64,000 nucleotides of DNA from an uncultured delta proteobacterium (GCA_963699755.1 CAVOVB010000010.1:192001-256000), one strand, 5' to 3'; counted from the first letter of the stretch, positions 41,872 to 50,766 are shown. The notes: a model not told the origin generated them from the letters alone. Made by a program: numbers and translations.

Positions 41872-43113
41872 TCAAAACGAGCTTGCATGCACCGGCACGT
41901 TGCCGCTGAACCATGTGGCGCCCAAACGGGGATCCAGCAGGCGATCATGAAACGGCCCGACTTCCACTCGGCGGAGCATCAGCGACCGGAGTACACCCGC
42001 CCCTCGGACGTCTCCAACTAGGCGAAAGCCCACGATACGGCCGTCACTCAAGAAGACCTTGCGCAGCGCGCCATCGTTGCGCGACCGCAACTCTTCCTGC
42101 CCGGTCTGCGATCCCACGGCCATGACCTCCACGCCGAGGTGCTTGAGGCTGTTCATCGATTCGGCGCCCTCATAGGGAACCTCGAAGCCGAGTAGACCGT
42201 TGGCCACGACCCGCGCTTGAGCGACGGCGTTGGGAAAAATGGCATGGACAAAACGCTCTCCGGTCATCCGGTCCTTGGTTTCCGCCACGTCGCCTGCAGC
42301 GTAGATGTCTGCGACGTTCGTCCGCTGGAGATCGTCGACGAGAACTCCCCAATTCGTCTCGACGCCTGATCCCTTCAGCCAGTCGATGGCAGGCCTGACA
42401 CCCGTTGCAGCAACATAGGCATCGGCATCGAGCTCCTCGCCGGAGTCGAGCTTCACCCCCGTCACCTCGCGGTCACCGGTGAAGGCTTCGGCGCGGGTGT
42501 TCAGCCGTACCTCGACACCGCGCGCACGGACGTTCTCGAGCACGATCTCTGCGGTTTCGGGCTCGAGCATCCGCCACATAAGGCGACTCTCCCTCTCGAC
42601 CATGGTGACCGCGACGCCCAGATCTTGGAGAAGGAGCGCCAGCTCCACCCCGATGAAGCCAGCGCCCACGATGACTGCCCTGCGGATGCGGCCGGCACGG
42701 ACGCCCTCGACCAGCTGTTCAGCCGCGGAGAGCGATTTGAAGTTGTACACCCCAGGCAGGTCGTGTCCGACGACGGGTGCGTGCAATCCCCCACCCGTCG
42801 CGATGACCAGTCGGCCATAGTGCAGCACCGATCCGTCCGCCACGCTCAGCTCGTGCGCTTGGGGTATAAGCGATGTCACAGGGGTGTTGGCGCGGTAGTC
42901 CACGTTCAGCCGCTCACAGATATCACGCCCCTTCCAGAACAAGGTGTCCTCGCGCCCGGTGAGGAAGTGATCCGCCATGGCTGGCGGTGCGTAGGGGGGA
43001 AACGGCTCGGACGACAGCATGGTGATCGCGACGTCGCGGTCGTGCTCACGCAGCAACTCGGCCACGGTGATGCCGGCAGGGCCGGCGCCGACGATTACGA
43101 TGCCTGACGCCAT
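41872..43113 (-). CDS. FAD/NAD(P)-dependent oxidoreductase (CODH-associated FNOR)
   Basis: VGAGPAG, IATG, VGAGFIGVE and IYAAGD; overlaps the cooC stop. Confidence 0.9.
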   Translation of the reverse strand: MASGIVIVGAGPAGITVAELLREHDRDVAITMLSSEPFPPYAPPAMADHFLTGREDTLFWKGRDICERLNVDYRANTPVTSLIPQAHELSVADGSVLHYGRLVIATGGGLHAPVVGHDLPGVYNFKSLSAAEQLVEGVRAGRIRRAVIVGAGFIGVELALLLQDLGVAVTMVERESRLMWRMLEPETAEIVLENVRARGVEVRLNTRAEAFTGDREVTGVKLDSGEELDADAYVAATGVRPAIDWLKGSGVETNWGVLVDDLQRTNVADIYAAGDVAETKDRMTGERFVHAIFPNAVAQARVVANGLLGFEVPYEGAESMNSLKHLGVEVMAVGSQTGQEELRSRNDGALRKVFLSDGRIVGFRLVGDVRGAGVLRSLMLRRVEVGPFHDRLLDPRLGATWFSGNVPVHASSF

Positions 43114-43997
43114 TGCTCCAGCTCCACACGCAGCAGCGCATCGCGCAGCTCGCCGACCGCGCGCAGGAACGCCGAATCCGGACTGCTGAGCAATGGCCCC
43201 ACATCAGGCTCGCTCCGGAGGAGCTCCTCTTCGTAGGGGAGCATGTGTCGAGTGGCGAACGGGAAGCTTCCTTGGTCCTCCAGGACTTGGGCGAGACGCG
43301 CCGCATCGGCATCGCCGCGCACGCGGTTGACCACCAAATGAATCGCGGGAATCCCGAGCTCTCGTGCCAGGCGCGCGGCGTGCAAGGCGACCTGGACCCC
43401 GTTGAAGGTGGGATCGGTGACCACGACCGCATGCCGGAAGCCCCGAGCCAGCGCGCGGCCGAAGTGCTCGATGCCCGCTTGGGTGTCGAGGAGGATCGCT
43501 TCGCGACGGCGCAAGCTGACCGCATTGGCCACCGCCGCCAACAGCGAGTTCTCCGGACAGACGCAACCGGCGGCGGGTTTCACGGTATTGCCCATCACCA
43601 GCAGACGCACGTCGTCCGGCCCGACGACGCCGAAGCGTTCGACCACGTCATCGACGTTCGGATTGAGCCGAAAGAAAAGCCCCCAGCCCGAGCCAGGGCG
43701 CGTGCCGGTTTTCTCCTCGACGTAATCCGGATTCTCGCTGAGTGGAACCAGGCCGCGAGCGCGGTCAACGGGCAAGCCTAGGGCATAGGGAAGATTCATC
43801 TGCGGATCTGCATCGAGCGCCAACACTCGATAGGCGTCCCTCGCCAGAAGCCGCGCCAGCAAGGCCGTCAGGCTCGTTTTGCCTACCCCGCCTTTGCCGG
43901 TGATGACGACCCGAAACTCTTCGGGTCGGGCACGTCGCACGAGCCCCCTGTGGTCGTGGTGCCCGTGCTCATGCCCTTCGTGAAGGTCGTCACACAT
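43095..43997 (-). CDS. cooC: CO dehydrogenase nickel-insertion ATPase CooC with His-rich N-terminus
   Basis: GKGGVGKT, DADP, Ni-binding GCVCPEN and DTQAGIEHFGR; start MCDD at 43997. Confidence 0.92.
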   Translation of the reverse strand: MCDDLHEGHEHGHHDHRGLVRRARPEEFRVVITGKGGVGKTSLTALLARLLARDAYRVLALDADPQMNLPYALGLPVDRARGLVPLSENPDYVEEKTGTRPGSGWGLFFRLNPNVDDVVERFGVVGPDDVRLLVMGNTVKPAAGCVCPENSLLAAVANAVSLRRREAILLDTQAGIEHFGRALARGFRHAVVVTDPTFNGVQVALHAARLARELGIPAIHLVVNRVRGDADAARLAQVLEDQGSFPFATRHMLPYEEELLRSEPDVGPLLSSPDSAFLRAVGELRDALLRVELEQWRQAS

Positions 43998-45882
43998 CGC
44001 GAGCCTCCAAGCCCAACGCCGCACGCTTCGCCTCGATGTGCTTGCGGATCAACACCGCCGTCTTCTCGGGATCCGCCTCGACAGCGAACTTGGCACCGAC
44101 GACGTCGTCCAAATCCCCGGCCAGCAGCTTGACCACGTTTCGGCTACCAAACACGGGCGGCTGCACGCCGAGCACTGTGTAGATGCCGCTCGCCACCACG
44201 TACGCACCGATCGATACGGCCTTCTCCGAATACCATTCCGGCGCGGCGCCGGCCAAAGGCAGCTGCGAGATATCGACGCCGAGATAGTTGGCGAGCGCGG
44301 CCGCGAGCACCAGGATGCGGGTGTTGTCGACGCAGGATCCCATGTGGAGGACCGGCGGAATTCCGAGGGCCTGACACACTTCGCGTAGCCCCGGGCCAGC
44401 CATTTCGGCGGCTTGTGGCATCATCTGACCTGCCTTGCCGTTCGCAATGGCCGAGCAGCCAGTCACCAACACCAGGATGTCGTTCTCGATCAGCCGGCGC
44501 GTGAGCATGACGTGACCGTAGTCCTGCTGGATCTTCGGGTTGTTGCACCCCACGACGCCCACCGCGCCACGGATCTTGCCCGCCTTGATCGCGTCCACCA
44601 ACGGCGCAGGGGTACCGCCGAGCGCACCGAGGATTGCCTCCACCGAAAAGCCGGCCATCATCTCGACCGTCCCTTCCGGAATGCGAACCCGCTCCGGGTT
44701 GCGGTTGCTGTACGCTTCCACGCCTCGGCGCACGATCTGCTTGCCGATCTCGAGGCCGCGGCGGGGATCAAAGGAAATATGGGTCGCCCCGGTGAACTTG
44801 GCTTTGTCGGCGGTGGAGATCACCTCGGTGTGGAAGCACTTCGCCACGTCGGTGACCGCGGGCATGATGCACTGATAGTCGACGACCATCGCGTCGAGCG
44901 CACCCGTGAGCAGCACCAACTCCTGCATGAGGTGGTTGCCCGCCATGGGAATGCCCCTGCGCATCTGCAACTCGTTGCCGGTGCAGCAGAGCCCCACCAG
45001 ATTGATCCCGTCCGCGCCCTTGTCCTTTGCCATTTGGACGAGCTCAGGATCGGCAGCCGCCTGGACGATGACGTCGGAGAGCATGGGATTGTGCCCGTGC
45101 AAGGCGATGTTCACGCTCTCCGGCTTCAACGCGCCAAGGTTGACCCGTGACAGAACCGGTTTCGGCGTGCCGAACATGACATCGGAAAGCTCGGTGGCGA
45201 CCATGGAACCGCCCCAGCCGTCGGAAAGGCTCGTGCGCAGGCAGTGGAGCAAGGTGTTCACATAGTCGTTGTCCACGCCCATGTGGGTGCGATGAAGCAT
45301 TTCCACGTTCTCGCGGTCGATACCGCGCGGCGTGATGCCGAGCGCCGCCCAGCGCTCGGTTCTTTGGCTCGGCACCCGGACCGCGAAGCCGAGGCTGCTC
45401 TTACGGGTGCCGAAATCCTCCATCATGGCAGCGGCCAGATCCTGAGCGACCTCGAAGGTCTCCCGGCCCTCGGTCTCCAAGCCCCATTCTTTCGCCAGAG
45501 CGCGCAGCTTGTCCGGATCGCGGATCTCGTAGCCGCTGGTCTTGCCTTCAGCGAGCTCAGCAAAAACCTCGAGAATGTCCCGGCCGTGATCGGAGTGGGC
45601 TGAAGCTCCGGCGGCGATGGTACGACCGAGGTTCCGTGCCACGATGATGTCTGCATCCGCGCCGCAAACGCCTTTTTGCGGTCCCTCGCCAAAGGGATCG
45701 ACCCGGCACGGACCCATTGCGCAGTTCCGACAGCTCACGCCCATGGCGCAATAGCCGCACTGAGGTTGCTGGGCGGCAAGCCGATCCCAAACTGTCTCGA
45801 TGTCCAGCTCGCGGGCCCGCGCGATCATCGCGCGTGCATCCTTGCCGATGCTTAGGCTGTTGATATCTGCTTGGTTAGCCAT
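43990..45882 (-). CDS. cooS: Anaerobic Ni,Fe carbon-monoxide dehydrogenase catalytic subunit
   Basis: B/D-cluster CGYC...CRNCAMGPC...GVCG; AHSDHG; C-cluster ligands HGHNP, CCTGNE, DYQC, GCNN, TGC and GSCVD; SEKA. Confidence 0.97.
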   Translation of the reverse strand: MANQADINSLSIGKDARAMIARARELDIETVWDRLAAQQPQCGYCAMGVSCRNCAMGPCRVDPFGEGPQKGVCGADADIIVARNLGRTIAAGASAHSDHGRDILEVFAELAEGKTSGYEIRDPDKLRALAKEWGLETEGRETFEVAQDLAAAMMEDFGTRKSSLGFAVRVPSQRTERWAALGITPRGIDRENVEMLHRTHMGVDNDYVNTLLHCLRTSLSDGWGGSMVATELSDVMFGTPKPVLSRVNLGALKPESVNIALHGHNPMLSDVIVQAAADPELVQMAKDKGADGINLVGLCCTGNELQMRRGIPMAGNHLMQELVLLTGALDAMVVDYQCIMPAVTDVAKCFHTEVISTADKAKFTGATHISFDPRRGLEIGKQIVRRGVEAYSNRNPERVRIPEGTVEMMAGFSVEAILGALGGTPAPLVDAIKAGKIRGAVGVVGCNNPKIQQDYGHVMLTRRLIENDILVLVTGCSAIANGKAGQMMPQAAEMAGPGLREVCQALGIPPVLHMGSCVDNTRILVLAAALANYLGVDISQLPLAGAAPEWYSEKAVSIGAYVVASGIYTVLGVQPPVFGSRNVVKLLAGDLDDVVGAKFAVEADPEKTAVLIRKHIEAKRAALGLEARDV

Positions 45883-45885
45883 TTG

Positions 45886-46503
45886 CTAATCCTCCCTCAC
45901 GGCGGTCGCTGAGCGGCCCCAAGCGCGCCAGGCTTCCACGTTGTCGGGCGCGCGGGGCGCCAAGGGCTCGATGGCGGCGACGGCCGACAGCACTGCGTGC
46001 GCTTCGCGAACACGTCCCGCCTTCACCAGTTCGTTTAATTCTCCGAAGACCAGGGCATCGACCTTGCAGACCTCAGAGCAGGCTGGTTCCTCGCCGCGCC
46101 GAACGCGCGCCACACAGCCATCGCATTTCACCGCCACCGTGCGAGTTGGCATCCCCTTACCCTGCGCATGGAAACCGACCGCGTCGAATGGGCATACCAT
46201 CGCGCACATCGCGCAGGTGATGCACTTCTTCTGGTCGATCAGAACGAGATCCCATTCCGCGTCGCGGGTGATGGCACCCGATGGGCACACCTGTTGGCAA
46301 GGCGCGGGATCGCAGTGCCGGCACTTGCCCGGGAAAGACGTGAACTGAGCTGCCCCGGGCGCGACGTGAATCCTCGAGCGGGGCGCAGGTTCCTCGAACA
46401 TCGCGGCTACAGCGTCTTGGCTCTGCGAATGTTCCACCGCACAGGCAAATTCACACTGCCGACAGCCGATACACCGCTCAGGATTGACGAAGACGGTTTT
46501 CAT
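45886..46503 (-). CDS. cooF: CooF-like 4x[4Fe-4S] electron-transfer protein
   Basis: CIGCRQCEFAC, CRHC..APCQQVCP, CITCAMCAMVCP and KCDGC...PACSEVC; SD GAGGGG before ATG 46503. Confidence 0.92.
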   Translation of the reverse strand: MKTVFVNPERCIGCRQCEFACAVEHSQSQDAVAAMFEEPAPRSRIHVAPGAAQFTSFPGKCRHCDPAPCQQVCPSGAITRDAEWDLVLIDQKKCITCAMCAMVCPFDAVGFHAQGKGMPTRTVAVKCDGCVARVRRGEEPACSEVCKVDALVFGELNELVKAGRVREAHAVLSAVAAIEPLAPRAPDNVEAWRAWGRSATAVRED

Positions 46504-46555
46504 CTTCCCCTCGGGTTTGCGCCACATTTAGGCGCGTCATTTCAGCCTGAATCCA

Positions 46556-46571
46556 TGCAAGAAACAGGCCC
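46556..46571 (-). promoter_or_regulatory. Putative sigma54 promoter of the coo operon
   Basis: Minus strand GGGCCTGTTTCTTGCA = GG-N10-GC with TTGCA. Confidence 0.55.
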
Positions 46572-46611
46572 CGCGAACCGGACGATTCTCCTCGTGTTTC
46601 CCTCTCCCGAA

Positions 46612-46655
46612 ACGCATCCTGTGCGCTCCGCCGACCATGGACGCAGACATTTCGC
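46612..46655. promoter_or_regulatory. Putative enhancer-binding-protein sites
   Basis: ACGCA-tcctg-TGCGC (46612-46626) and the weaker ACGCA-gacat-TTCGC (46641-46655). Confidence 0.45.
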
Positions 46656-46730
46656 AAGACAGCCAGAAGGGCCTCATCTGGCCGACACCTCGGTGGATCG
46701 GCAACTCCAGCTAGGTGCTATGGTGCAACC

Positions 46731-47732
46731 ATGACGACGAGCACGCGCGCTGTAGCCGTTGCGCTATTCGTCGACTTCGTCATCGGAGCGGCCAAGCTGC
46801 TTGCCTTCCTGCTCACGGGCTCGACCGCGATCATGGCGGAGGTGCTCCATTCCGGCGCGGACCTGACTAATCAGACGCTCTTGCTGGTTGGGATCGCTCG
46901 GTCGCGACGAGGCCCCGACAGGGACTACCCTTACGGCTTTGGCCGATCTCGCTACATCTGGGCGCTGCTGTCTGCCGCGGGCGTGCTGTTCGTCGGAAGC
47001 GGTGTGTCGGTCATACGCGGGGCGCAGCAAGTCTGGGCGCCGGCGCCGCTCGAGCACCTGGGCTGGGGCTTCGTCATCTTGTGGGTGTCACTCGCGGCGG
47101 AGAGCATTTCTCTCGCGGTTGGCTTCTCGGCCGTTCGGCGATCGGCCCGCGAAGCGGGCCAATCCGTTCGGCAATATCTCCGAAGAGGCCCCGATCCGAT
47201 GGGCGTTGCGGTTGTGATCGAGGACGGATCCGCCGTCGTCGGCGTACTGCTCGCCTTGACGGGGCTCGGCCTGGCCCAGCGCACTGGAAACCCTGCCTGG
47301 GACGGAGCGGCCTCCATCGCCATCGGGCTGCTGCTCGGCGCGTCTGCGGTCTTTCTCATCAATCGGAATCGCCGCCATCTACTTGGGGCCGCGCCTCCTT
47401 CCGAATCGGTCGCACGGATGATGGCAGTCCTCGAAAAGAGCCCGTTGGTCGCGCAAATCCAAGACGTGAAAGTTTCGCAACTTGGCGCGGATGCAGTCCG
47501 CTTCAAAGCCGAAGTCACCTTCGATGGTCGGGAGCTCGCGCGGCGTCTATTGGGCGAAAGGGATTTGGATGCGGCCTGGGCCACCCTGAGTGGGCCAAAG
47601 GCACTCGAGCGCCTTCTGGTCGAGTTTGGGGGCGAGGTCACTGATGCGATCGGCGATGAAATCGACCGGCTCGAAGCTGAGCTGACCGAGGCTGCGCCGG
47701 AGGCCCGACATGTCGACATCGAGCCAGACTGA
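46731..47732 (+). CDS. Cation diffusion facilitator (ZnT9-like) metal transporter
   Basis: AEVLHSGADLTNQ, YPYGFG, IEDGSA, WDGAASIAIG and HVDIEPD. Confidence 0.88.
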   Translation: MTTSTRAVAVALFVDFVIGAAKLLAFLLTGSTAIMAEVLHSGADLTNQTLLLVGIARSRRGPDRDYPYGFGRSRYIWALLSAAGVLFVGSGVSVIRGAQQVWAPAPLEHLGWGFVILWVSLAAESISLAVGFSAVRRSAREAGQSVRQYLRRGPDPMGVAVVIEDGSAVVGVLLALTGLGLAQRTGNPAWDGAASIAIGLLLGASAVFLINRNRRHLLGAAPPSESVARMMAVLEKSPLVAQIQDVKVSQLGADAVRFKAEVTFDGRELARRLLGERDLDAAWATLSGPKALERLLVEFGGEVTDAIGDEIDRLEAELTEAAPEARHVDIEPD

Positions 47733-47827
47733 CACGAGAGCCAGGACCCAAGACCTCCTGTGAGGCGAGCCCATGAGCGAAGGAGCAGCAACGGGACGGG
47801 GAAACCCTCTCGAGGTGACAGCTGTCC

Positions 47828-48175
47828 TCATAGAGTTGGGTTGTGTCTCGGTCGATGCCCCTCCCGCTTGATCCGCTCGAGGCCATCGCCCCTCGTCGGG
47901 TCGATGGCCCGGATGAGCTTCGCCATGGCCGCAGCACGCGCCATGAAGCCCTTGGTCGCATAGAGGTCGACGGCGCGCTCGTAGGCCAGCACCGCATCGG
48001 CTTTGCGCCCCATCCGCTGTAAGAGATCACCTCTCCGATGGGGCCAACGCGGCTCATCTGGCCTCTGTTTTTCGATCAACTCGTAGAGATCGAGCGCCTC
48101 GGAGAGGCGGCTCGATTCGAGCGCCTGGGTTAGCTTTGCATGCAGATCCGTCGTCTTGCTCGCTCGTCCGAACAT
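47828..48175 (-). CDS. 115-aa TPR-like protein, paralogue of the N-terminus of the 20111-21511 protein
   Basis: Strong SD (AAGGGGAGG) before ATG 48175; 51/84 ungapped identities to the cNMP protein N-domain (manual count). Confidence 0.85.
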   Translation of the reverse strand: MFGRASKTTDLHAKLTQALESSRLSEALDLYELIEKQRPDEPRWPHRRGDLLQRMGRKADAVLAYERAVDLYATKGFMARAAAMAKLIRAIDPTRGDGLERIKREGHRPRHNPTL

Positions 48176-48220
48176 TTGCCTCCCCTTTTCACTCATGCGG
48201 CGCGAGTCAGCGTGTACCCA

Positions 48221-48236
48221 AGCAACTCCCGTGCCA
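48221..48236 (-). promoter_or_regulatory. Consensus sigma54 promoter
   Basis: Minus strand TGGCACGGGAGTTGCT, an exact TGGCACG-N4-TTGCW. Confidence 0.85.
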
Positions 48237-48278
48237 GGGCGGTTCAAGCGCTTTGCTTGGTCTTTTCGGCGGCGATGT

Positions 48279-48360
48279 GCGCAAGCATTGCACTGGAGCA
48301 GAGACGACGCGCAGGACCTGCGATCGCCGCTGGTCCTGGGCAATCGCGCAGATTGTGCGC
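48279..48360. promoter_or_regulatory. Three GCGCA-N5-TGC palindromic boxes between divergent sigma54 promoters
   Basis: GCGCA-agcat-TGCAC (48279), GCGCA-ggacc-TGCGA (48309) and GCGCA-gattg-TGCGC (48346). Confidence 0.55.
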
Positions 48361-48433
48361 TCGCATAACCGGCGTGCGTTCGATCTAGAGCTCAGTCCCA
48401 GCATACGATGGCTTTCGAAGGTGCTCTGTGCTT

Positions 48434-48449
48434 TGGTCTGGGTGTTGCA
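48434..48449 (+). promoter_or_regulatory. Putative sigma54 promoter
   Basis: TGGTCTGGGTGTTGCA = GG-N10-GC, 33 bp before ATG 48483. Confidence 0.65.
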
Positions 48450-48482
48450 TGGAAGTCGGTGATTCATCAGACCGACCGAGTG

Positions 48483-50198
48483 ATGTCTTCATACTTCAAA
48501 GCACTCGCCATCGATTTCGACGGGACCCTCACCGAAGCAGGCCCTCCGGGTGAACGCGTGCTCGCCTCCTTGCTCGAAGCCCGCGAAGCCGGGATGGCGC
48601 TCTTGTTGGTTACCGGCCGGGTCGTTTCGGACTTGCTACACGTTTTTCCCGATGCGGAGCAATGGTTCGATGCGATCGTGGCAGAGAACGGCGCCGTGAT
48701 TCGCCGCGATGGAGCATCTCATGCGCTGACCACGCCAGTCCCCCTGGAGCTCGATCTGCCGTTGGTGGAGGATGGCGTGTATTTTCAACGAGGCCAGGTG
48801 CTTCTCGGCTGCAACGCCGAAGATGAGATCCGCGTCCTTGGGCAGCTGCGGCGTCTCGAAGCGGACTGCCAGTTGATTCGGAACCGAGGGGCCCTAATGG
48901 TCTTGCCCGCGGGGGTTTCGAAAGCCTCGGGTCTTCTCAAAGCATTGGAAGGGCTTGGCATTTCATATCACAACACAATTGGAATCGGGGATGCAGAGAA
49001 CGACCTGGCTCTGCTTCGCCAATGCGAGCTTGCCGTCGCGGTCGGCAATGCCGTCGATTCCTTGAAGCGAGCAGCCGACATCATTCTCCCAGCGGACGCT
49101 GGGGAAGCCGTTGCGGATTTCCTTCGGGATCGGGTCCTCACGGATGAGCCGTTGCCAGCGTCGTATCGCTGGCAGGTGACGCTCGGGCGGTCGGACGACG
49201 GCGGCACAGTCAGGATGCCGGCGTCCCGGGTCAACGTGTTGTTCGTAGGGGGCAGCGGTGTCGGGAAGTCCTATGCCGCAGGCCTTTTGGCGGAGCGCTT
49301 GTTAGAGCTCGACTACTCCGTGTGCATCCTCGACCCCGAAGGGGACCATGCGCCCCTTGCACGCCTGCATCAGGTTTTCGCGCTCGGAAGCAGCGGACCG
49401 CTGCCGCCAGCCAAGAGCATTCCCGAATTGCTGAGGCAGCAGCCTGGAAGCCTGGTGGTCGATCTCTCCTTGCTCGGCGAAGAGCGTCGAGCAGGGTATG
49501 CGGCCGAGTTGCTTCAGGCTCTCCACGAAGAGCGCGGCAGATCCGGTTTGCCCCATTGGATCGTCGTGGACGAAGCACAAGTTCCTTTCGGCGACCAGGG
49601 CGCCGCGTGTCAGATGTTTCACGATCAAAAGGGCCTCTGCCTGGTGACCTACGACCCTGCCCAACTCTGCCTATCGTCGCGATTGGACTTCGATTTCTTG
49701 ATCGCTATTCCAGGGGAGAGCGGAATCCATCCGGCGGCCCTCGATGGCCTGCGCGCGCGATGGGACATCGACCTGCTCGATCGACTGCCAGCGCCAGAGG
49801 AGGGACAGGCCTTGCTCCTGCGACTGGGCGACTCCCCCCGAGTCGAGCAGTTCAGGCTGGGCCGGCGCTTCGTGCAGCACGTGCGCCACTGGCACAAGTA
49901 TGCGGACGCGCACCTTCCGCCCAGCAGCATGTTCCAATTTCGCAACTACTTCGGGCTCACCGGCGCTCGGGCCGACAACCTCGCAACGTTTCGCCGTGAG
50001 CTGCTCCTCTGCGACTCTGCAGTGCTAGAGCATCATGCTGCCCACAATGATTTCTCCAATTGGCTGGATCACGCGATCCATGACGGGAAGCTGGCATCGA
50101 CCGCACGCGAGCTCGAGGCATGGAGCCGCGAATACGGCACGTTTGAGGCCCTGCGCCACGCGCTGGTGGAAGCTATCGAGAATCGATACTTGGCCTAG
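48483..50198 (+). CDS. HAD-IIB hydrolase fused to a HerA-like P-loop ATPase and a DUF5752-like tail
   Basis: DFDGTLT, VTGR, SKASG, GDAEND; GGSGVGKS, DPEGDH, IVVDEAQ; HNDFSNW. Confidence 0.82.
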   Translation: MSSYFKALAIDFDGTLTEAGPPGERVLASLLEAREAGMALLLVTGRVVSDLLHVFPDAEQWFDAIVAENGAVIRRDGASHALTTPVPLELDLPLVEDGVYFQRGQVLLGCNAEDEIRVLGQLRRLEADCQLIRNRGALMVLPAGVSKASGLLKALEGLGISYHNTIGIGDAENDLALLRQCELAVAVGNAVDSLKRAADIILPADAGEAVADFLRDRVLTDEPLPASYRWQVTLGRSDDGGTVRMPASRVNVLFVGGSGVGKSYAAGLLAERLLELDYSVCILDPEGDHAPLARLHQVFALGSSGPLPPAKSIPELLRQQPGSLVVDLSLLGEERRAGYAAELLQALHEERGRSGLPHWIVVDEAQVPFGDQGAACQMFHDQKGLCLVTYDPAQLCLSSRLDFDFLIAIPGESGIHPAALDGLRARWDIDLLDRLPAPEEGQALLLRLGDSPRVEQFRLGRRFVQHVRHWHKYADAHLPPSSMFQFRNYFGLTGARADNLATFRRELLLCDSAVLEHHAAHNDFSNWLDHAIHDGKLASTARELEAWSREYGTFEALRHALVEAIENRYLA

Positions 50199-50240
50199 CG
50201 CGAGTCCAGGCTTGGCCGGGAATCGACACCCCCCGGGTCG

Positions 50241-50684
50241 TTAGCCTTCGTTCCGAAGTGCCATTCTACGCTCTTCGAGGAATGCAAAGAGTGCATCGCG
50301 TTGCTCTTTGTGCGCAGGCTCGTCCGCCCATCGATAGAGCGTGGCGTTCTCCCTGCTCGCGTGCGATCGCAGCTGTGCGACGAGGTCATCGATCCGCTCC
50401 TTGCGCAAGGTGTGGAGCTCCGTCTCGATGTTTAGCTCATCGAGCGCCCGACGAAAGCGTTCATGGTCCTGCCTGAGCTCGCGGATTTCGCGGGGATGGT
50501 GCTCCTCGAAACGCTCGAAGAGATAACGCTCTTCGCCATCGATATGGGCTCTCAAGCCTCGATCGACTTCACGGAAGACTTGCAGAATCGTCGGAAAGTC
50601 GGCCCCTTCAACCGCATTCATCAAATCTGAAAGACGATGATCGATCGCTTCATGATCGCTCCCCAAGGACTCCCGTACGTTCAT
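50241..50684 (-). CDS. Hemerythrin-like (HHE cation-binding) protein
   Basis: DH...HIDGEE..LF...DH...HASRE pattern; GAGGAG SD before ATG 50684. Confidence 0.85.
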   Translation of the reverse strand: MNVRESLGSDHEAIDHRLSDLMNAVEGADFPTILQVFREVDRGLRAHIDGEERYLFERFEEHHPREIRELRQDHERFRRALDELNIETELHTLRKERIDDLVAQLRSHASRENATLYRWADEPAHKEQRDALFAFLEERRMALRNEG

Positions 50685-50766
50685 CCGTCGCTCCTCGTCC
50701 CCCGGACCTATCATATGCGCGACAACCTGCAACGAGCTGGGCAAACGACGAATGGGGATCGCTGTG

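Noticed and set aside
46504..46730. CooA/CRP/FNR box upstream of cooF
   Set aside because: No TGTCA-N6-TGACA or TTGAT-N4-ATCAA-like site seen.
50728..50743. Sigma54-like TGCCCAGCTCGTTGCA upstream of the hemerythrin-like gene
   Set aside because: Lacks the invariant -24 GG; at most a degenerate site.
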